The position numbers and the translations under genes were made by a program. A stretch of DNA of 64,000 nt, from assembly GCF_050920415.1 (NCBI RefSeq), contig NZ_CP169309.1. One strand, 5' to 3'. The stretch comes from Escherichia coli (GTDB taxonomy: Bacteria; Pseudomonadota; Gammaproteobacteria; Enterobacterales; Enterobacteriaceae). The number at the start of each line of letters is the position of its first letter. Positions within the stretch are counted from its first letter, which is position 1. Below the pieces are notes generated by a model. It was given only the letters and a program-made list of their open reading frames with translations, ran no database searches and was not told the origin of the DNA. Below are positions 36,094 to 47,809 of the stretch, one piece after another.

Positions 36094-38370
36094 TTAATGC
36101 GCTGCTTCCGCCTTGTGCTTTTGTGCACTCTGGAATCCGTAAGTCAGCTCATTTTTCTCTTTATCCAGCGCAACCGTCACCTGACCGCCGTCCACCAGCG
36201 AACCAAACAACAGTTCGTTGGCGAGCGGTTTTTTCAGGTTGTCCTGGATGACACGCGCCATCGGACGTGCGCCCATCGCCCGGTCGTAACCTTTCTCGGC
36301 CAGCCAGTTACGCGCTTCCTGGCTCACTTCCAGAGAAACACCTTTCTGATCCAACTGAACCTGCAACTCGACGATGAACTTATCCACCACCTGATGGATC
36401 ACGTCGGTGGAGAGATGATCGAACCAGATAATGTTGTCGAGACGGTTACGGAATTCCGGTGTAAAGATCTTCTTGATCTCTTCCATCGCATCGGTGCTGT
36501 TATCCTGATGGATAAGACCAATCGATTTACGCTCAGTTTCCCGTACCCCGGCATTAGTGGTCATCACCAGCACCACGTTACGGAAGTCCGCTTTGCGTCC
36601 GTTGTTATCGGTCAGCGTACCGTTGTCCATCACCTGCAACAGAATATTGAACACGTCCGGGTGCGCTTTCTCGATTTCGTCCAGCAGCAGCACCGCATGA
36701 GGATGCTTGATGACCGCATCAGTCAGCAAACCGCCCTGATCAAAACCAACGTATCCCGGAGGCGCACCAATCAGACGGCTGACGGTATGGCGTTCCATAT
36801 ACTCGGACATATCAAAGCGTAACAGTTCAATGCCCAGAGCTTTGGAAAGCTGCACCGTCACCTCGGTTTTCCCGACCCCGGTAGGACCAGCAAACAGGAA
36901 CGAACCGACTGGTTTATGTTCGTGACCTAAACCTGCACGCGCCATCTTAATGGCTTCAGTCAGCGCCTCAATGGCTTTATCCTGACCGAAGACCAGCATT
37001 TTCAGGCGATCGCTGAGGTTTTTCAGGGTATCGCGGTCACTCTGAGAAACACTCTTCTCTGGAATGCGCGCAATACGGGCCACCACGGACTCAATATCCG
37101 CCACATTAACGGTTTTCTTGCGTTTGCTTACCGGCATCAGGCGTGCGCGAGCGCCCGCTTCGTCGATAACGTCAATAGCTTTATCCGGCAGATGACGATC
37201 GTTAATGTATTTCACCGCCAGCTCCACCGCAGCACGCACCGCTTTCGCGGTATAACGCACGTCGTGGTGCGCTTCATACTTCGGTTTCAGGCCATTGATG
37301 ATTTGAACAGTTTCTTCGATCGACGGTTCAGTAATATCAATTTTCTGGAAGCGACGCGCCAGAGCACGGTCTTTCTCGAAAATGTTGCTGAACTCCTGAT
37401 AGGTTGTCGAACCAATTACGCGAATTTTACCGCTGGAGAGCAACGGTTTGATCAGGTTAGCCGCATCAACCTGACCACCAGAGGCTGCACCCGCACCGAT
37501 AATGGTGTGGATCTCATCAATAAACAGGATGCTGTTAGTGTCCTGCTCCAGCTGCTTGAGCAACGCTTTAAAACGTTTTTCAAAGTCGCCGCGATATTTT
37601 GTGCCCGCTAACAGAGAACCGATATCGAGAGAGTAAATCGTACAGTCAGCCATCACTTCCGGCACATCGCCCTGAACAATTCGCCAGGCAAGACCTTCCG
37701 CAATCGCGGTTTTGCCGACACCGGATTCCCCCACCAGCAGCGGGTTGTTTTTACGGCGACGGCAGAGAACCTGAATAGCACGCTCCAGCTCCTTCTCACG
37801 ACCAATCAGTGGGTCGATTCCGCCCACACGCGCAAGCTGATTCAGGTTCGTCGTGAAATTCTCCATACGTTCCTCCCCACCAGCTTGTTCTTCGCTGTTT
37901 GGCTGGCTGCCAGGATCAGAAGACTGTGTCGGCTCGTCTTTACGCGTGCCATGAGAGATAAAGTTCACCACATCGAGACGGCTGACTTCATGTTTGCGCA
38001 ACAGATATGCCGCCTGCGACTCCTGTTCGCTAAAGATAGCGACCAGAACGTTTGCACCGGTAACCTCATTGCGACCGGAGGACTGGACATGGAAGACCGC
38101 ACGTTGCAGTACACGCTGAAAACTCAGCGTTGGCTGTGTGTCGCGCTCCTCTTCACTGGCAGGCAGAACGGGTGTGGTTTGTTCAATAAAGGCTTCCAGT
38201 TCCTGACGGAGCGCAACCAAATCCACAGAACACGCTTCCAGCGCCTCCCGGGCAGATGGGTTACTGAGCAGCGCCAGTAACAAGTGCTCGACGGTCATAA
38301 ACTCATGACGGTGCTCGCGCGCTCTGGCGAAAGCCATATTTAAACTGAGTTCCAGTTCTTGATTGAGCAT
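36094..38370 (-). CDS. clpA: ATP-dependent Clp protease ATP-binding subunit ClpA
   Basis: Start [31 protein letters not shown]; two AAA+ modules. Confidence 0.97.
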   Translation of the reverse strand: MLNQELELSLNMAFARAREHRHEFMTVEHLLLALLSNPSAREALEACSVDLVALRQELEAFIEQTTPVLPASEEERDTQPTLSFQRVLQRAVFHVQSSGRNEVTGANVLVAIFSEQESQAAYLLRKHEVSRLDVVNFISHGTRKDEPTQSSDPGSQPNSEEQAGGEERMENFTTNLNQLARVGGIDPLIGREKELERAIQVLCRRRKNNPLLVGESGVGKTAIAEGLAWRIVQGDVPEVMADCTIYSLDIGSLLAGTKYRGDFEKRFKALLKQLEQDTNSILFIDEIHTIIGAGAASGGQVDAANLIKPLLSSGKIRVIGSTTYQEFSNIFEKDRALARRFQKIDITEPSIEETVQIINGLKPKYEAHHDVRYTAKAVRAAVELAVKYINDRHLPDKAIDVIDEAGARARLMPVSKRKKTVNVADIESVVARIARIPEKSVSQSDRDTLKNLSDRLKMLVFGQDKAIEALTEAIKMARAGLGHEHKPVGSFLFAGPTGVGKTEVTVQLSKALGIELLRFDMSEYMERHTVSRLIGAPPGYVGFDQGGLLTDAVIKHPHAVLLLDEIEKAHPDVFNILLQVMDNGTLTDNNGRKADFRNVVLVMTTNAGVRETERKSIGLIHQDNSTDAMEEIKKIFTPEFRNRLDNIIWFDHLSTDVIHQVVDKFIVELQVQLDQKGVSLEVSQEARNWLAEKGYDRAMGARPMARVIQDNLKKPLANELLFGSLVDGGQVTVALDKEKNELTYGFQSAQKHKAEAAH

Positions 38371-38400
38371 AGGCACCTCCCCCAATTTTTATGCCTGCAT

Positions 38401-38721
38401 TCAGGCTTTTTCTAGCGTACACAGCAATGGATGCTCATTCTCCCTCGCGTACTTGTTCACCATCGCCACTTTGGTTTCTGCAACCTCGGCGGTAAAGACT
38501 CCGCAAATGGCCTTCCCCTGGTAGTGAACAGCGAGCATCAATTGCGTTGCACGTTCTACATCATAAGAAAAGAATTTTTGTAACACGTCAATAACAAACT
38601 CCATCGGAGTGTAATCATCATTGACTAATATCACTTTATACATAGATGGCGGTTTTAGCGCGTCGCGAACTTTTTCTTCCGCCAGTTGATCAAAGTCCAG
38701 CCAGTCGTTCGTTTTACCCAT
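38401..38721 (-). CDS. clpS: ClpS adaptor (N-end rule)
   Basis: 106-aa [46 protein letters not shown]. Confidence 0.97.
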
Positions 38722-39043
38722 TGTCAGTTATCATCTTCGGTTACGGTTATCGGCAGAACGCCCTGCCGCTGACAAGAGCTTATTTGCCTGACCAATCTAC
38801 TCCACATGATAGATAACTATCATCTATCGTTGGCATCAGCGACATCTGTCACATTCCTGTCAATAGCGTTAACTGCTTCAAATTTTTGATTCATACCTGC
38901 CCCCTGGCCCCTGTCAAATGCTTGACGGCTCGCCCTAATTCTCTAAATTGTATTTCTAGAGTTGGCGAGGTTTTGAACAGCCCCCTCTCTGACCCCGGTT
39001 TATTCCATCTTACTTGTATAAGATTTGCGAAGGATGTCGAAGC

Positions 39044-39268
39044 ATGGAAAAGGGTACTGTTAAGTGGTTCAACAATGCCAAAGGGTTTGGTTTCATCTGC
39101 CCTGAAGGCGGCGGCGAAGATATTTTCGCTCATTATTCCACCATTCAGATGGATGGTTACAGAACGCTAAAAGCTGGACAATCCGTTCAGTTTGATGTCC
39201 ACCAGGGGCCAAAAGGCAATCACGCCAGTGTTATTGTGCCCGTCGAAGTAGAAGCGGCAGTCGCATAG
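39044..39268 (+). CDS. cspD: cold-shock-domain protein CspD (stationary phase)
   Basis: MEKGTVKWFNNAKGFGFICPEGGGEDIFAHYSTIQMDGYRTLKAGQSVQFDV; the track ORF starts 30 nt upstream. Confidence 0.93.
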   Translation: MEKGTVKWFNNAKGFGFICPEGGGEDIFAHYSTIQMDGYRTLKAGQSVQFDVHQGPKGNHASVIVPVEVEAAVA

Positions 39269-39300
39269 CTCTTCTGTCTCATTGTGTACATCCTACAGGC

Positions 39301-39330
39301 AAAATGCCAGCCCGATCGGCTGGCATTTTT
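39301..39330. terminator. bidirectional rho-independent terminator between convergent cspD and macB
   Basis: Perfect hairpin atgccagcc-cgat-cggctggcat flanked by A-run and T-run. Confidence 0.75.
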
Positions 39331-39340
39331 ATCTCAAAAA

Positions 39341-41287
39341 TTACTCTCGTGCCAGAGCATCTACTGGATCCAGTCGTGCCGCATTTCGTGCGGGTAACCA
39401 GCCAAATAAAATCCCGGTGACCGTCGAGCAGAGAAACGCCAGCAGCAGCGCCAACGGTGAAAAACCAATCTCCCAGCCGGGTAAGAAAAGCTGCAAGGTG
39501 AAAGCAATTAACAGTGACAGTGTTATTCCCAACGCGCCACCGACCAGGCAAACCAGTACGGCTTCGATCAGAAACTGTTGCAAAACATCGCTTGCTCGCG
39601 CACCTACAGCCATGCGAATGCCAATTTCCCGCGTCCGCTCGGTCACTGATACCAGCATAATATTCATTACACCAATACCGCCCACCACCAGCGAAATCAC
39701 CGCCACCAGCGTCAGAAACAGTTGTAAAGTACGTGTGGTCTTTTCAACGGTTTTCAAGACGCCGTCCATGTTCCAGGTAAAGAAATCCTTCTTACCGTGG
39801 CGCAGTGAAAGTAAACGCGTGAGTTGCTGTTCCGCCTCGGCGCTGTCAAAGCCCTCTTTCACCCTGACAGTAATAGAGTTCAGCCACGACTGGCCCATAA
39901 CTCTCCCGGACATCGTGCTGTAAGGTAACCACACGCGCAGCACTTTACTACTGCCAAACATCGACTGTTTTTCCTCTGCCACGCCGATGACTCTCGCTGG
40001 CATATTACCAACCAAGATAACCTCGCCAACCACATTTGCTTTATGGGGGAAAAGCTGACGGCGAGTATTACTGTCGAGAACCACGACTTGCGCACGGCCA
40101 TTCAGCTGTTCCTGATTAAAGGTGTTCCCTTCACTGAAGGTCATGCCATAGACATTAAAATAATCGCCGCTCACGCCATTGGCACTGGCAGCCACATCGA
40201 CATTGTTATAACGCAGGCGCAGGTTTTGCGAGACGGCAGGTGTGGCTGAGGCGACCCACGGTTGTTTTTGGATGGCGATTAAGTCGTCGTACTTCAGCGC
40301 CTGCTGATATTGCGGATCGTCATCGCCAAAATCTTTCCCGGGATAGACATCAATAGTATTCGTACCAATAGAACGAATATCCGCCAGCACCATTTGTTTG
40401 GCGGCGTCGCCGACCACGACAATGGAAACCACCGACGCAATACCGATAATAATCCCCAGCATGGTCAGTAAAGTACGCATTTTATTCGCTGCCAGCGCCC
40501 GCCACGCCATCGTCAGCGCCTCGTTAAAACCGCTGACAAACTGCCGCCAGCCAGACGCCGTGTTGATAACAGGCTCCGTCCCGCCAGCAACATTCACTTT
40601 TTCAATGGCGGGAGGATTGCGCACAATTTCGCCGTCGCGAATTTCGATCACCCGCTCGGCCTGAGCAGCGACCTGCGGATCGTGGGTAACGATAATCACC
40701 GTATGCCCGCGATCGCGCAGCTGATGCAGGATCGCCATCACCTCTTCGCCAGAATGACTGTCCAGTGCGCCGGTTGGTTCATCGGCAAGAATTACCTGAC
40801 CGCCGTTCATCAATGCCCGCGCGATGCTGACGCGCTGTTGCTGACCACCCGAAAGCTGTGCCGGGTAATACTCTGTACGGTCTTCCAGTCCCAGTCGTTG
40901 CAGTAACTCCTGGGCGCGAAGCAACCGCTGTTTCCGCTCAAGACCGGCATAGACGGCGGGTACTTCAACGTTCTGCTCGGCGGTTAAATGTGAAAGCAAA
41001 TGGTAACGCTGGAAAATAAAGCCGAAGTGTTCGCGACGCAGTTGCGCCAGCGCATCGGCGTCCAGCATGGCAACATCCTGACCGGCGACGCGATAGGTGC
41101 CGCTGGTGGCCTTATCCAGGCAGCCGAGAATATTCATCAGGGTCGATTTACCGGAACCCGAAGCGCCGACAATCGCCACCATCTCACCAGCATAAATATC
41201 GAGGGTGATGCCCTTCAGCACCTCAACTTGCTCATCACCGGCAGGATAGCTGCGACGAATATCCTTTAATTCGAGCAAGGGCGTCAT
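39341..41287 (-). CDS. macB: macrolide/enterotoxin ABC exporter ATPase-permease MacB
   Basis: 648-aa ORF; N-terminal ABC ATPase (GASGSGKST), C-terminal FtsX-like permease. Confidence 0.95.
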   Translation of the reverse strand: MTPLLELKDIRRSYPAGDEQVEVLKGITLDIYAGEMVAIVGASGSGKSTLMNILGCLDKATSGTYRVAGQDVAMLDADALAQLRREHFGFIFQRYHLLSHLTAEQNVEVPAVYAGLERKQRLLRAQELLQRLGLEDRTEYYPAQLSGGQQQRVSIARALMNGGQVILADEPTGALDSHSGEEVMAILHQLRDRGHTVIIVTHDPQVAAQAERVIEIRDGEIVRNPPAIEKVNVAGGTEPVINTASGWRQFVSGFNEALTMAWRALAANKMRTLLTMLGIIIGIASVVSIVVVGDAAKQMVLADIRSIGTNTIDVYPGKDFGDDDPQYQQALKYDDLIAIQKQPWVASATPAVSQNLRLRYNNVDVAASANGVSGDYFNVYGMTFSEGNTFNQEQLNGRAQVVVLDSNTRRQLFPHKANVVGEVILVGNMPARVIGVAEEKQSMFGSSKVLRVWLPYSTMSGRVMGQSWLNSITVRVKEGFDSAEAEQQLTRLLSLRHGKKDFFTWNMDGVLKTVEKTTRTLQLFLTLVAVISLVVGGIGVMNIMLVSVTERTREIGIRMAVGARASDVLQQFLIEAVLVCLVGGALGITLSLLIAFTLQLFLPGWEIGFSPLALLLAFLCSTVTGILFGWLPARNAARLDPVDALARE

Positions 41288-42399
41288 TGTGCAGCTCCTG
41301 GTTTGGCCTCACCAATCACCACTTCATCGCCCGCTTCCAGCCCTTTGACAATCTCAACATCGGTATCGTTGCGTGCGCCAATCGTCACTTCACGCTCGCG
41401 TGTTTCACCATTACGCAACAATTTGACTTTATAACGATTATCGCCAACCGGATCGCCTAACGCCGACAGAGGGATCGTCAGCACATTTTTCACATCGGTG
41501 AGCTGAATATGCACTTGCGCGGTCATATCCAGCCGCAGCAAACCATTGGGGTTTGGAACTTCAAAACGGGCGTAATAGAAAATAGCGTCATTAACCTTTT
41601 CCGGCGTCGGTAGCACATCCTTGATTTGCCCCTCGTAGCGCGTCAGCGGATCGCCAAGCACTGTAAACCAGGTTTTTTGCCCCGGCTTCAGGTGAATTAC
41701 ATCCGCTTCAGAAACCTGCGCTTTTACCAGCATGGTACTCATATCTGCCAGCGTCAAAATGTTCGGTGCTTGTTGTGCGGCAATCACCGTCTGACCTTGC
41801 AGAGTGGTGATTTGCGTGACTTCCCCAGCCATCGGGGCAACGATGCGGGTGTAATCGAGATTGGTTTTAGCCGTATCGAGAGAGGCCTGATTGCGCTTTA
41901 TTTGCGCGTCAATGGTGCCAATTTGTGCCTGTTTCACAGCCATCTCCGTCGCGGCGGTGTCGAGATCCTGTTGTGAAACAGCCTGCGTTTGGGCCAGACG
42001 TTGCTGACGTGAATACGTCACCCGTGCCAGTTTCAGTTCCGCTTCCGCCTGCTGACGCTGCGCGCGCAACTCCATCAACGTTGCTTCCACCTCCTTGATC
42101 TGGTTTTCAGCCTGTTCAGGATCAATAACACCTAAAAGTTGGTCTTTTTTTACTTTATCGCCAATCGCCACCGACAGCGTTTTCAACTGACCGCTGACCT
42201 GTGCACCCACGTCAACCTTACGCAGCGCGTCCAGCTTTCCGGTCGCCAGCACGCTTTGCTGTAAATCGCCTGGACGCACAATCAGCGTCTGATAAGTCGG
42301 CACGGGTGCGTTAAGAATTCTCCATAACGTAATCAGCCCGGCAATGACTATCACCAGCGCAATAACGTAACGCTTCTTCACGGTTTTCCGCTTTTTCAT
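41284..42399 (-). CDS. macA: periplasmic adaptor (membrane fusion protein) MacA
   Basis: Start [26 protein letters not shown]; 4-bp overlap with macB. Confidence 0.93.
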   Translation of the reverse strand: MKKRKTVKKRYVIALVIVIAGLITLWRILNAPVPTYQTLIVRPGDLQQSVLATGKLDALRKVDVGAQVSGQLKTLSVAIGDKVKKDQLLGVIDPEQAENQIKEVEATLMELRAQRQQAEAELKLARVTYSRQQRLAQTQAVSQQDLDTAATEMAVKQAQIGTIDAQIKRNQASLDTAKTNLDYTRIVAPMAGEVTQITTLQGQTVIAAQQAPNILTLADMSTMLVKAQVSEADVIHLKPGQKTWFTVLGDPLTRYEGQIKDVLPTPEKVNDAIFYYARFEVPNPNGLLRLDMTAQVHIQLTDVKNVLTIPLSALGDPVGDNRYKVKLLRNGETREREVTIGARNDTDVEIVKGLEAGDEVVIGEAKPGAAQ

Positions 42400-42513
42400 A
42401 AATATTCTGAATACTCCATATGCCAATCCGGGTCATTAACTTCAACGAAATATCAACAAAACCCTAAAATTTACGTTAGTAATCACACTATTGATGTTTG
42501 GTTAAGATACGCC

Positions 42514-43506
42514 ATGGTGAAATCGACGTTATGTATAACCATTGATTTCATGAATATGTCGCAGCTAACTGAACGGACCTTTACGCCATCTGACTCTCTC
42601 AGCAGCCTGTCACTTTTTCTTAGTCTGGCACGTGGACAGTGTCGGCCGGGTAAATTTTGGCATCGCCGTAGTTTTCGCCAGAAATTTTTGCTGCGCTCGT
42701 TGATTATGCCGCGTTTAAGCGTTGAGTGGATGAACGAACTTTCCCACTGGCCTAATCTCCATGTGTTGTTAACGCGCCAGCCGCGACTGCCTGTGCGTCT
42801 GCATCGCCCTTACCTTGCGGCGAATCTTAGCCGCAAGCAATTGCTGGAGGCGTTACGTTACCATTATGCATTGCTCCGTGCCTGCATGTCGGCAGAAGAA
42901 TTCAGCTTATATTTGAATACTCCCGGGCTGCAACTGGCGAAGCTGGAAGGCAAAAACGGCGAGCAGTTCACGCTTGAGCTGACCATGATGATCTCAATGG
43001 ATAAAGAAGGTGACAGCACAATCCTGTTCCGCAACTGCGAAGGTATTCCTCTGGCAGAGATCACCTTTACTCTGTGTGAATACCAGGGGAAAAGAACAAT
43101 GTTTATTGGCGGGCTGCAAGGTGCGAAATGGGAAATTCCACATCAGGAAATCCAGAATGCGACGAAAGCCTGCCACGGGCTATTTCCCAAACGTCTCGTG
43201 ATGGAAGCGGCCTGTCTGTTTGCCCAACGTTTGCAGGTAGAGCAGATCATTGCCGTCAGCAATGAAACGCATATTTACCGCAGCCTGCGTTATCGCGATA
43301 AAGAAGGCAAGATCCATGCAGATTACAACGCTTTCTGGGAGTCGGTTGGCGGCGTATGTGATGCTGAACGCCATTACCGCCTTCCGGCACAGATAGCACG
43401 AAAAGAGATTGCCGAAATCGCCAGTAAAAAACGGGCTGAATACCGTCGGCGCTATGAGATGCTCGACGCTATTCAGCCACAAATGGCCACGATGTTTCGC
43501 GGTTAA
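42514..43506 (+). CDS. ybjX: VirK/DUF535-family protein YbjX (alternative ATG at 42553)
   Basis: 330-aa ORF divergent from macA, the conserved position of ybjX. Confidence 0.8.
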   Translation: MVKSTLCITIDFMNMSQLTERTFTPSDSLSSLSLFLSLARGQCRPGKFWHRRSFRQKFLLRSLIMPRLSVEWMNELSHWPNLHVLLTRQPRLPVRLHRPYLAANLSRKQLLEALRYHYALLRACMSAEEFSLYLNTPGLQLAKLEGKNGEQFTLELTMMISMDKEGDSTILFRNCEGIPLAEITFTLCEYQGKRTMFIGGLQGAKWEIPHQEIQNATKACHGLFPKRLVMEAACLFAQRLQVEQIIAVSNETHIYRSLRYRDKEGKIHADYNAFWESVGGVCDAERHYRLPAQIARKEIAEIASKKRAEYRRRYEMLDAIQPQMATMFRG

Positions 43507-45161
43507 TCCGCGCGACCGCGCGCCAGCCACAGCACGCGTGAGAACATTTTTTTCAGCAGCGTCGGTACGGAGTCCACACCACGACGGCCGGCCTCCATTG
43601 CCACTTCAATGGCAAGATCGGGTTTGGAAGAGCGATGGATCGCTTTCGAGATAATTTTACGCAGATTCATCGGCACATTTTCCGGGATCTGCGCCACGCG
43701 GTGGAACACATCGGAAAATCCCTGGCGATACATAAAATGTTCCATATCCAGCGCCGGTAACGCCGTTAAATGTTCTCGTTCGGCTTCCCGATCGTTATTC
43801 AACAGGCTGCGTACCGTAGCGGCATACTTCTTCCCGGCTTCATCGCCATCGACCAGCACATGCCATTCAATCCCCATTCGACGGGCGAATTTAACCAGTG
43901 GCTTTAGCCCGGACTGGGCAAACTCAATGACCTTGATCCCTTCGGCATCAAAATGATGTCCACACTGACGCGCCAGTTCATTGATAACCCAGGTTTCCGT
44001 TTCGCCTTCCACCAGCAGCCAGCAGCGAGCAAACAGCGATGACGGACGATTAAAACGAATGTGGAAAGAGATGCGTCGGCTATCTTCGGTACTCAAGCCA
44101 CTCGGCCCCAGACGCCAGGCGGCAACGCGAGAGGACTCACGTACCAGTCGGCAAACATGCTCTACCGGCGTTAACGAAAGCAACTCACCCGAGTTGGTGG
44201 TGGCAATGCGCTGCAATGGCAGAAGATTCAACAGATGCCAGGCAACTGAAAGCATAATAGGGTGTAAACGCGTTTCTGGATCTTCAATCAGCAATAATGG
44301 ACGTGCGTCTTTATCGAGCCGCAATGTGCCTTTTGCCTGCAATAAAGTAGCAAACAGGCCGAGCAAAATAACCCGATACGAGCGCCCTCCAGGCCGGTCA
44401 ATCATCCGGTTGATGATATCCAGATAGCGCCAGCTTCGTTGCTCATTGCTGGCTCGCCGCCGCATTAAACGATATCGCGCCTGTCCGGCCCCCTGCTCAG
44501 AGAAATAATGCTCAAGCAGTTGCACCATTGCGGAAAGTCCCTGACGAATCTGCCCATCAGAGAGATTTTGCGGATGTGAGGATAACTCACGGGCGAGGAA
44601 ATCGAGCTGGCGCGCGGTGACTTCCACATTAGGGACATTTGGCACCGTGCCGTTACGAATACGGCGCATAAAGCGGGCATCACGCAAGCGCAGCACCGGC
44701 ATTAAACGCACCAGATGGCGTGCCTGATCGTTAATATCCTCGACATCAATCGGATGTCCGTCTTTATCGAGAAAACTGCGGAGTGTCATCACGCTGCCGT
44801 CTTCCGCACTCTCCCCTTCCAGACGATAAAAAATACGGTGATAGCCATCGGTGCATGGCGTCCAGCACGCTTCCAGCGGCCGATAGCGGCGAACCCGATG
44901 TCGGCCTGGCAGAGATTCGCGGAAGGTCAAAATAATATGCAGATGATGTTCTCGCCCGTTGATATCTCCCGGCGGGAACCAGAAATCGTCGCGCTCAAAA
45001 TGGTAGAGATCTGATTCTGGCGATAGCAGCAGAGTTAAGGCGTCCAGCAAGCTGGATTTACCCCACGCGTTCTCCCCAATCAGGACGTTGTTTTGTTCCA
45101 GCATCAACGACAAACGGTTGATACCGCGAAAACCCACAATTTCAACGCGCTCAAGAATCAT
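43503..45161 (-). CDS. ybjD: OLD-family (AAA ATPase plus TOPRIM) putative nuclease YbjD
   Basis: 552-aa ORF starting MILERVEIVGFRGINRLSLMLEQNNVLIGENAWGKSSLLDAL. Confidence 0.85.
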   Translation of the reverse strand: MILERVEIVGFRGINRLSLMLEQNNVLIGENAWGKSSLLDALTLLLSPESDLYHFERDDFWFPPGDINGREHHLHIILTFRESLPGRHRVRRYRPLEACWTPCTDGYHRIFYRLEGESAEDGSVMTLRSFLDKDGHPIDVEDINDQARHLVRLMPVLRLRDARFMRRIRNGTVPNVPNVEVTARQLDFLARELSSHPQNLSDGQIRQGLSAMVQLLEHYFSEQGAGQARYRLMRRRASNEQRSWRYLDIINRMIDRPGGRSYRVILLGLFATLLQAKGTLRLDKDARPLLLIEDPETRLHPIMLSVAWHLLNLLPLQRIATTNSGELLSLTPVEHVCRLVRESSRVAAWRLGPSGLSTEDSRRISFHIRFNRPSSLFARCWLLVEGETETWVINELARQCGHHFDAEGIKVIEFAQSGLKPLVKFARRMGIEWHVLVDGDEAGKKYAATVRSLLNNDREAEREHLTALPALDMEHFMYRQGFSDVFHRVAQIPENVPMNLRKIISKAIHRSSKPDLAIEVAMEAGRRGVDSVPTLLKKMFSRVLWLARGRAD

Positions 45162-45586
45162 ATCCCCTCCAGAAATATGTGACTTATCCTTTACGCTGGC
45201 AGTATAACGGGAAAGGCCTTGCTAATACGTGATGACATCACATTTAAGCATGGCAAATGTCTGAAAAATGAGCGAATAATCGCGTTATACTCCCTCTTGC
45301 TGATAAGTCTGCAAAAACAACAAAATCAAATAATTAGCATGATAAATTATTTTTTATTACGCCTAAAGGATTAAATCTTTTGCTTGCACTACACTGTCAA
45401 TCAGACAAATGACTATATGGGGCAACCCGCTGTTGCCCTAAATCAAATTTACTGGATTTATTTATCTGGTGAATGACTCGCCTTCGTTTTTAAAATAGCC
45501 GCGCATTATTTCCGTCGTCACTTTTTTACGACGACCCTATAAAACGACCATATTTTTCACAGGGTCAATTTTTAATTGAGGTGGAT

Positions 45587-46282
45587 ATGTTCAGAAAATT
45601 AGCAGCTGAATGTTTTGGTACTTTCTGGCTTGTTTTTGGTGGCTGTGGTAGTGCCGTACTGGCCGCAGGCTTCCCGGAATTAGGCATTGGTTTTACCGGC
45701 GTAGCGCTGGCATTCGGTTTAACCGTTCTGACGATGGCCTTCGCTGTTGGTCATATTTCTGGTGGTCATTTTAACCCGGCGGTCACTATTGGCTTATGGG
45801 CTGGCGGACGTTTTCCGGCAAAAGAAGTCGTTGGCTACGTAATTGCCCAGGTTGTCGGCGGTATTGTTGCAGCGGCGCTGCTGTATTTAATTGCCAGTGG
45901 TAAAACGGGATTTGACGCGGCAGCCAGCGGTTTTGCTTCTAACGGTTATGGCGAGCATTCACCAGGCGGTTATTCCATGCTTTCCGCGCTGGTGGTTGAA
46001 CTGGTATTGAGTGCAGGTTTCTTGCTGGTGATCCACGGCGCAACCGACAAATTCGCTCCGGCGGGTTTTGCACCAATTGCCATTGGTCTGGCATTAACGC
46101 TGATTCACTTAATCAGTATTCCGGTGACTAACACTTCCGTTAACCCGGCGCGCAGTACTGCGGTTGCCATCTTCCAGGGCGGCTGGGCGTTAGAACAACT
46201 GTGGTTCTTCTGGGTAGTGCCAATTATCGGCGGTATTATCGGTGGTCTGATTTACCGGACTCTGCTGGAAAAGCGTAATTAA
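45587..46282 (+). CDS. aqpZ: aquaporin Z
   Basis: [28 protein letters not shown]; two NPA motifs ([16 protein letters not shown]). Confidence 0.97.
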   Translation: MFRKLAAECFGTFWLVFGGCGSAVLAAGFPELGIGFTGVALAFGLTVLTMAFAVGHISGGHFNPAVTIGLWAGGRFPAKEVVGYVIAQVVGGIVAAALLYLIASGKTGFDAAASGFASNGYGEHSPGGYSMLSALVVELVLSAGFLLVIHGATDKFAPAGFAPIAIGLALTLIHLISIPVTNTSVNPARSTAVAIFQGGWALEQLWFFWVVPIIGGIIGGLIYRTLLEKRN

Positions 46283-46290
46283 TTAACGCA

Positions 46291-46320
46291 GAAGGCCTGG
46301 CGCAATGTCAGGCCTTTTTT
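46291..46320 (+). terminator. rho-independent terminator downstream of aqpZ
   Basis: aggcctggcgcaatgtcaggcct hairpin followed by TTTTTT. Confidence 0.75.
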
Positions 46321-46377
46321 AAATATATAGATTCATCTTCCTGTTGCGCTCCTTGATGTGTTAAGCCACATATAGTC

Positions 46378-46608
46378 ACTGGCGCAGGGAGCGCGCAGGG
46401 GGCGGCCAATCGCCGCCGCCCCCTGCACCCCCGGGCTCTGGCGAACAAAATCGCCGCTGCGCGGTGCCCTCGACTTATCCCTTGCGGCTACCGGGTCGGG
46501 CGCGAGGTAACATCCCGGTAAAACGCGCCCTCAGCCCACATCCATGTGGGCTGCCCCGGCCTTCAGGGAACGCCTCGGCGATTTTGACGCCACCAACACC
46601 GGTGCGGT
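46378..46608. repeat. GC-rich intergenic element with nested perfect palindromes (unclassified; possibly a box C/RSA-type repeat or a structured RNA)
   Basis: 11-bp-arm palindrome 46396-46425, 9-bp-arm palindrome 46533-46552, 7-bp arms 46498-46530, long-range 11-bp inverted repeat 46446-46456 / 46577-46587. Confidence 0.5.
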
Positions 46609-46766
46609 TTGTAATTAAAGCGCAAGAACATCTTTAAATGAAAATGAATACCCTACCGATCCTTATGCATAACATTTCCTTTTAATTGCAACTTTACTCG
46701 TCCTTCCGCTTTCAGTAGTGTGTCATCGCGCATTTCGACTTATTTCTTTGCAAGGACTGGTTTTTC

Positions 46767-47666
46767 ATGTTTTCTGGGCTGTTAATCATTCTGGTTCCCC
46801 TGATTGTGGGTTACCTCATTCCGCTTCGCCAAAAAGCTGCATTAAAGGTTATTAATCAGCTATTAAGCTGGATGGTTTACCTTATTCTCTTTTTTATGGG
46901 TATCAGTCTGGCGTTTCTCGATAACCTCGCCAGTAACCTGTTGGCGATTCTGCATTATTCCGCCGTCAGTATTACCGTTATTTTACTGTGTAATATTGCC
47001 GCCCTGATGTGGCTGGAGCGAGGCCTACCGTGGCGCAACCACCATCAGCAAGAAAAACTCCCGTCACGTATTGCGATGGCGCTGGAGTCCCTCAAGCTCT
47101 GCGGTGTGGTGGTGATTGGCTTTGCTATTGGCCTTAGCGGATTAGGTTTCTTACAACACGCTACGGAAGCCAGCGAATACACGTTAATTCTGCTACTTTT
47201 CCTCGTCGGTATTCAGTTGCGTAATAATGGCATGACCTTAAAGCAGATTGTCCTTAATCGCCGGGGAATGATTGTCGCTGTGGTGGTGGTGGCCAGTTCT
47301 TTAATTGGTGGTTTAATTAACGCCTTTATTCTTGATCTTCCCATCAATACCGCGCTGGCAATGGCTTCCGGTTTCGGCTGGTATTCTCTTTCCGGTATTT
47401 TATTGACCGAATCTTTTGGTCCGGTAATCGGGAGCGCGGCGTTTTTTAATGATTTGGCCCGTGAGCTGATTGCTATTATGTTGATCCCTGGGCTGATTCG
47501 CCGTAGCCGCTCTACTGCACTGGGCTTATGCGGTGCGACGTCGATGGATTTCACACTGCCCGTTCTTCAACGTACTGGCGGACTGGATATGGTCCCGGCG
47601 GCGATTGTTCACGGTTTTATTCTTAGCCTGTTAGTGCCGATCCTCATCGCCTTTTTCTCTGCGTAA
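46767..47666 (+). CDS. lysO: L-lysine exporter LysO (YbjE)
   Basis: 299-aa hydrophobic ORF starting MFSGLLIILVPLIVGYLIPL. Confidence 0.88.
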   Translation: MFSGLLIILVPLIVGYLIPLRQKAALKVINQLLSWMVYLILFFMGISLAFLDNLASNLLAILHYSAVSITVILLCNIAALMWLERGLPWRNHHQQEKLPSRIAMALESLKLCGVVVIGFAIGLSGLGFLQHATEASEYTLILLLFLVGIQLRNNGMTLKQIVLNRRGMIVAVVVVASSLIGGLINAFILDLPINTALAMASGFGWYSLSGILLTESFGPVIGSAAFFNDLARELIAIMLIPGLIRRSRSTALGLCGATSMDFTLPVLQRTGGLDMVPAAIVHGFILSLLVPILIAFFSA

Positions 47667-47699
47667 TACCTCTCTGGCGGTAGATCCCTGCCGCCAAAA

Positions 47700-47713
47700 T
47701 TGCGCTAAATCAA
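47700..47713 (+). promoter_or_regulatory. candidate FNR box (TTGCGctaaATCAA) in the hcp promoter
   Basis: Match to TTGAT-N4-ATCAA about 100 bp upstream of the hcp ATG; hcp-hcr is a known FNR-dependent operon. Confidence 0.55.
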
Positions 47714-47770
47714 TCTCCCTTAAAGTTGCATGAAAAATCCCTTTTATCCCCGCGTTAAGCGTCTTAACCT

Positions 47771-47793
47771 TAAACATGTATATTAAATATAAC
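47771..47793 (+). promoter_or_regulatory. candidate NsrR operator (AT-rich palindrome acatgtatattaaatataact) overlapping the hcp promoter
   Basis: Imperfect inverted repeat resembling the NsrR consensus; hcp is an NsrR regulon member. Confidence 0.4.
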
Positions 47794-47809
47794 TTTAAAA
47801 GGTGTGATC

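Noticed and set aside
36097-36822. 241-aa ORF antisense to clpA (similar antisense ORFs occur in macB 39282..39923, hcp 48023..48838, dmsA 18433..19002 and 19381..19875, dmsB/dmsC 17181..17903, ycaO 5307..5843 and artP 60628..61158)
   Set aside because: All lie wholly inside well-supported genes on the opposite strand and have no independent signals
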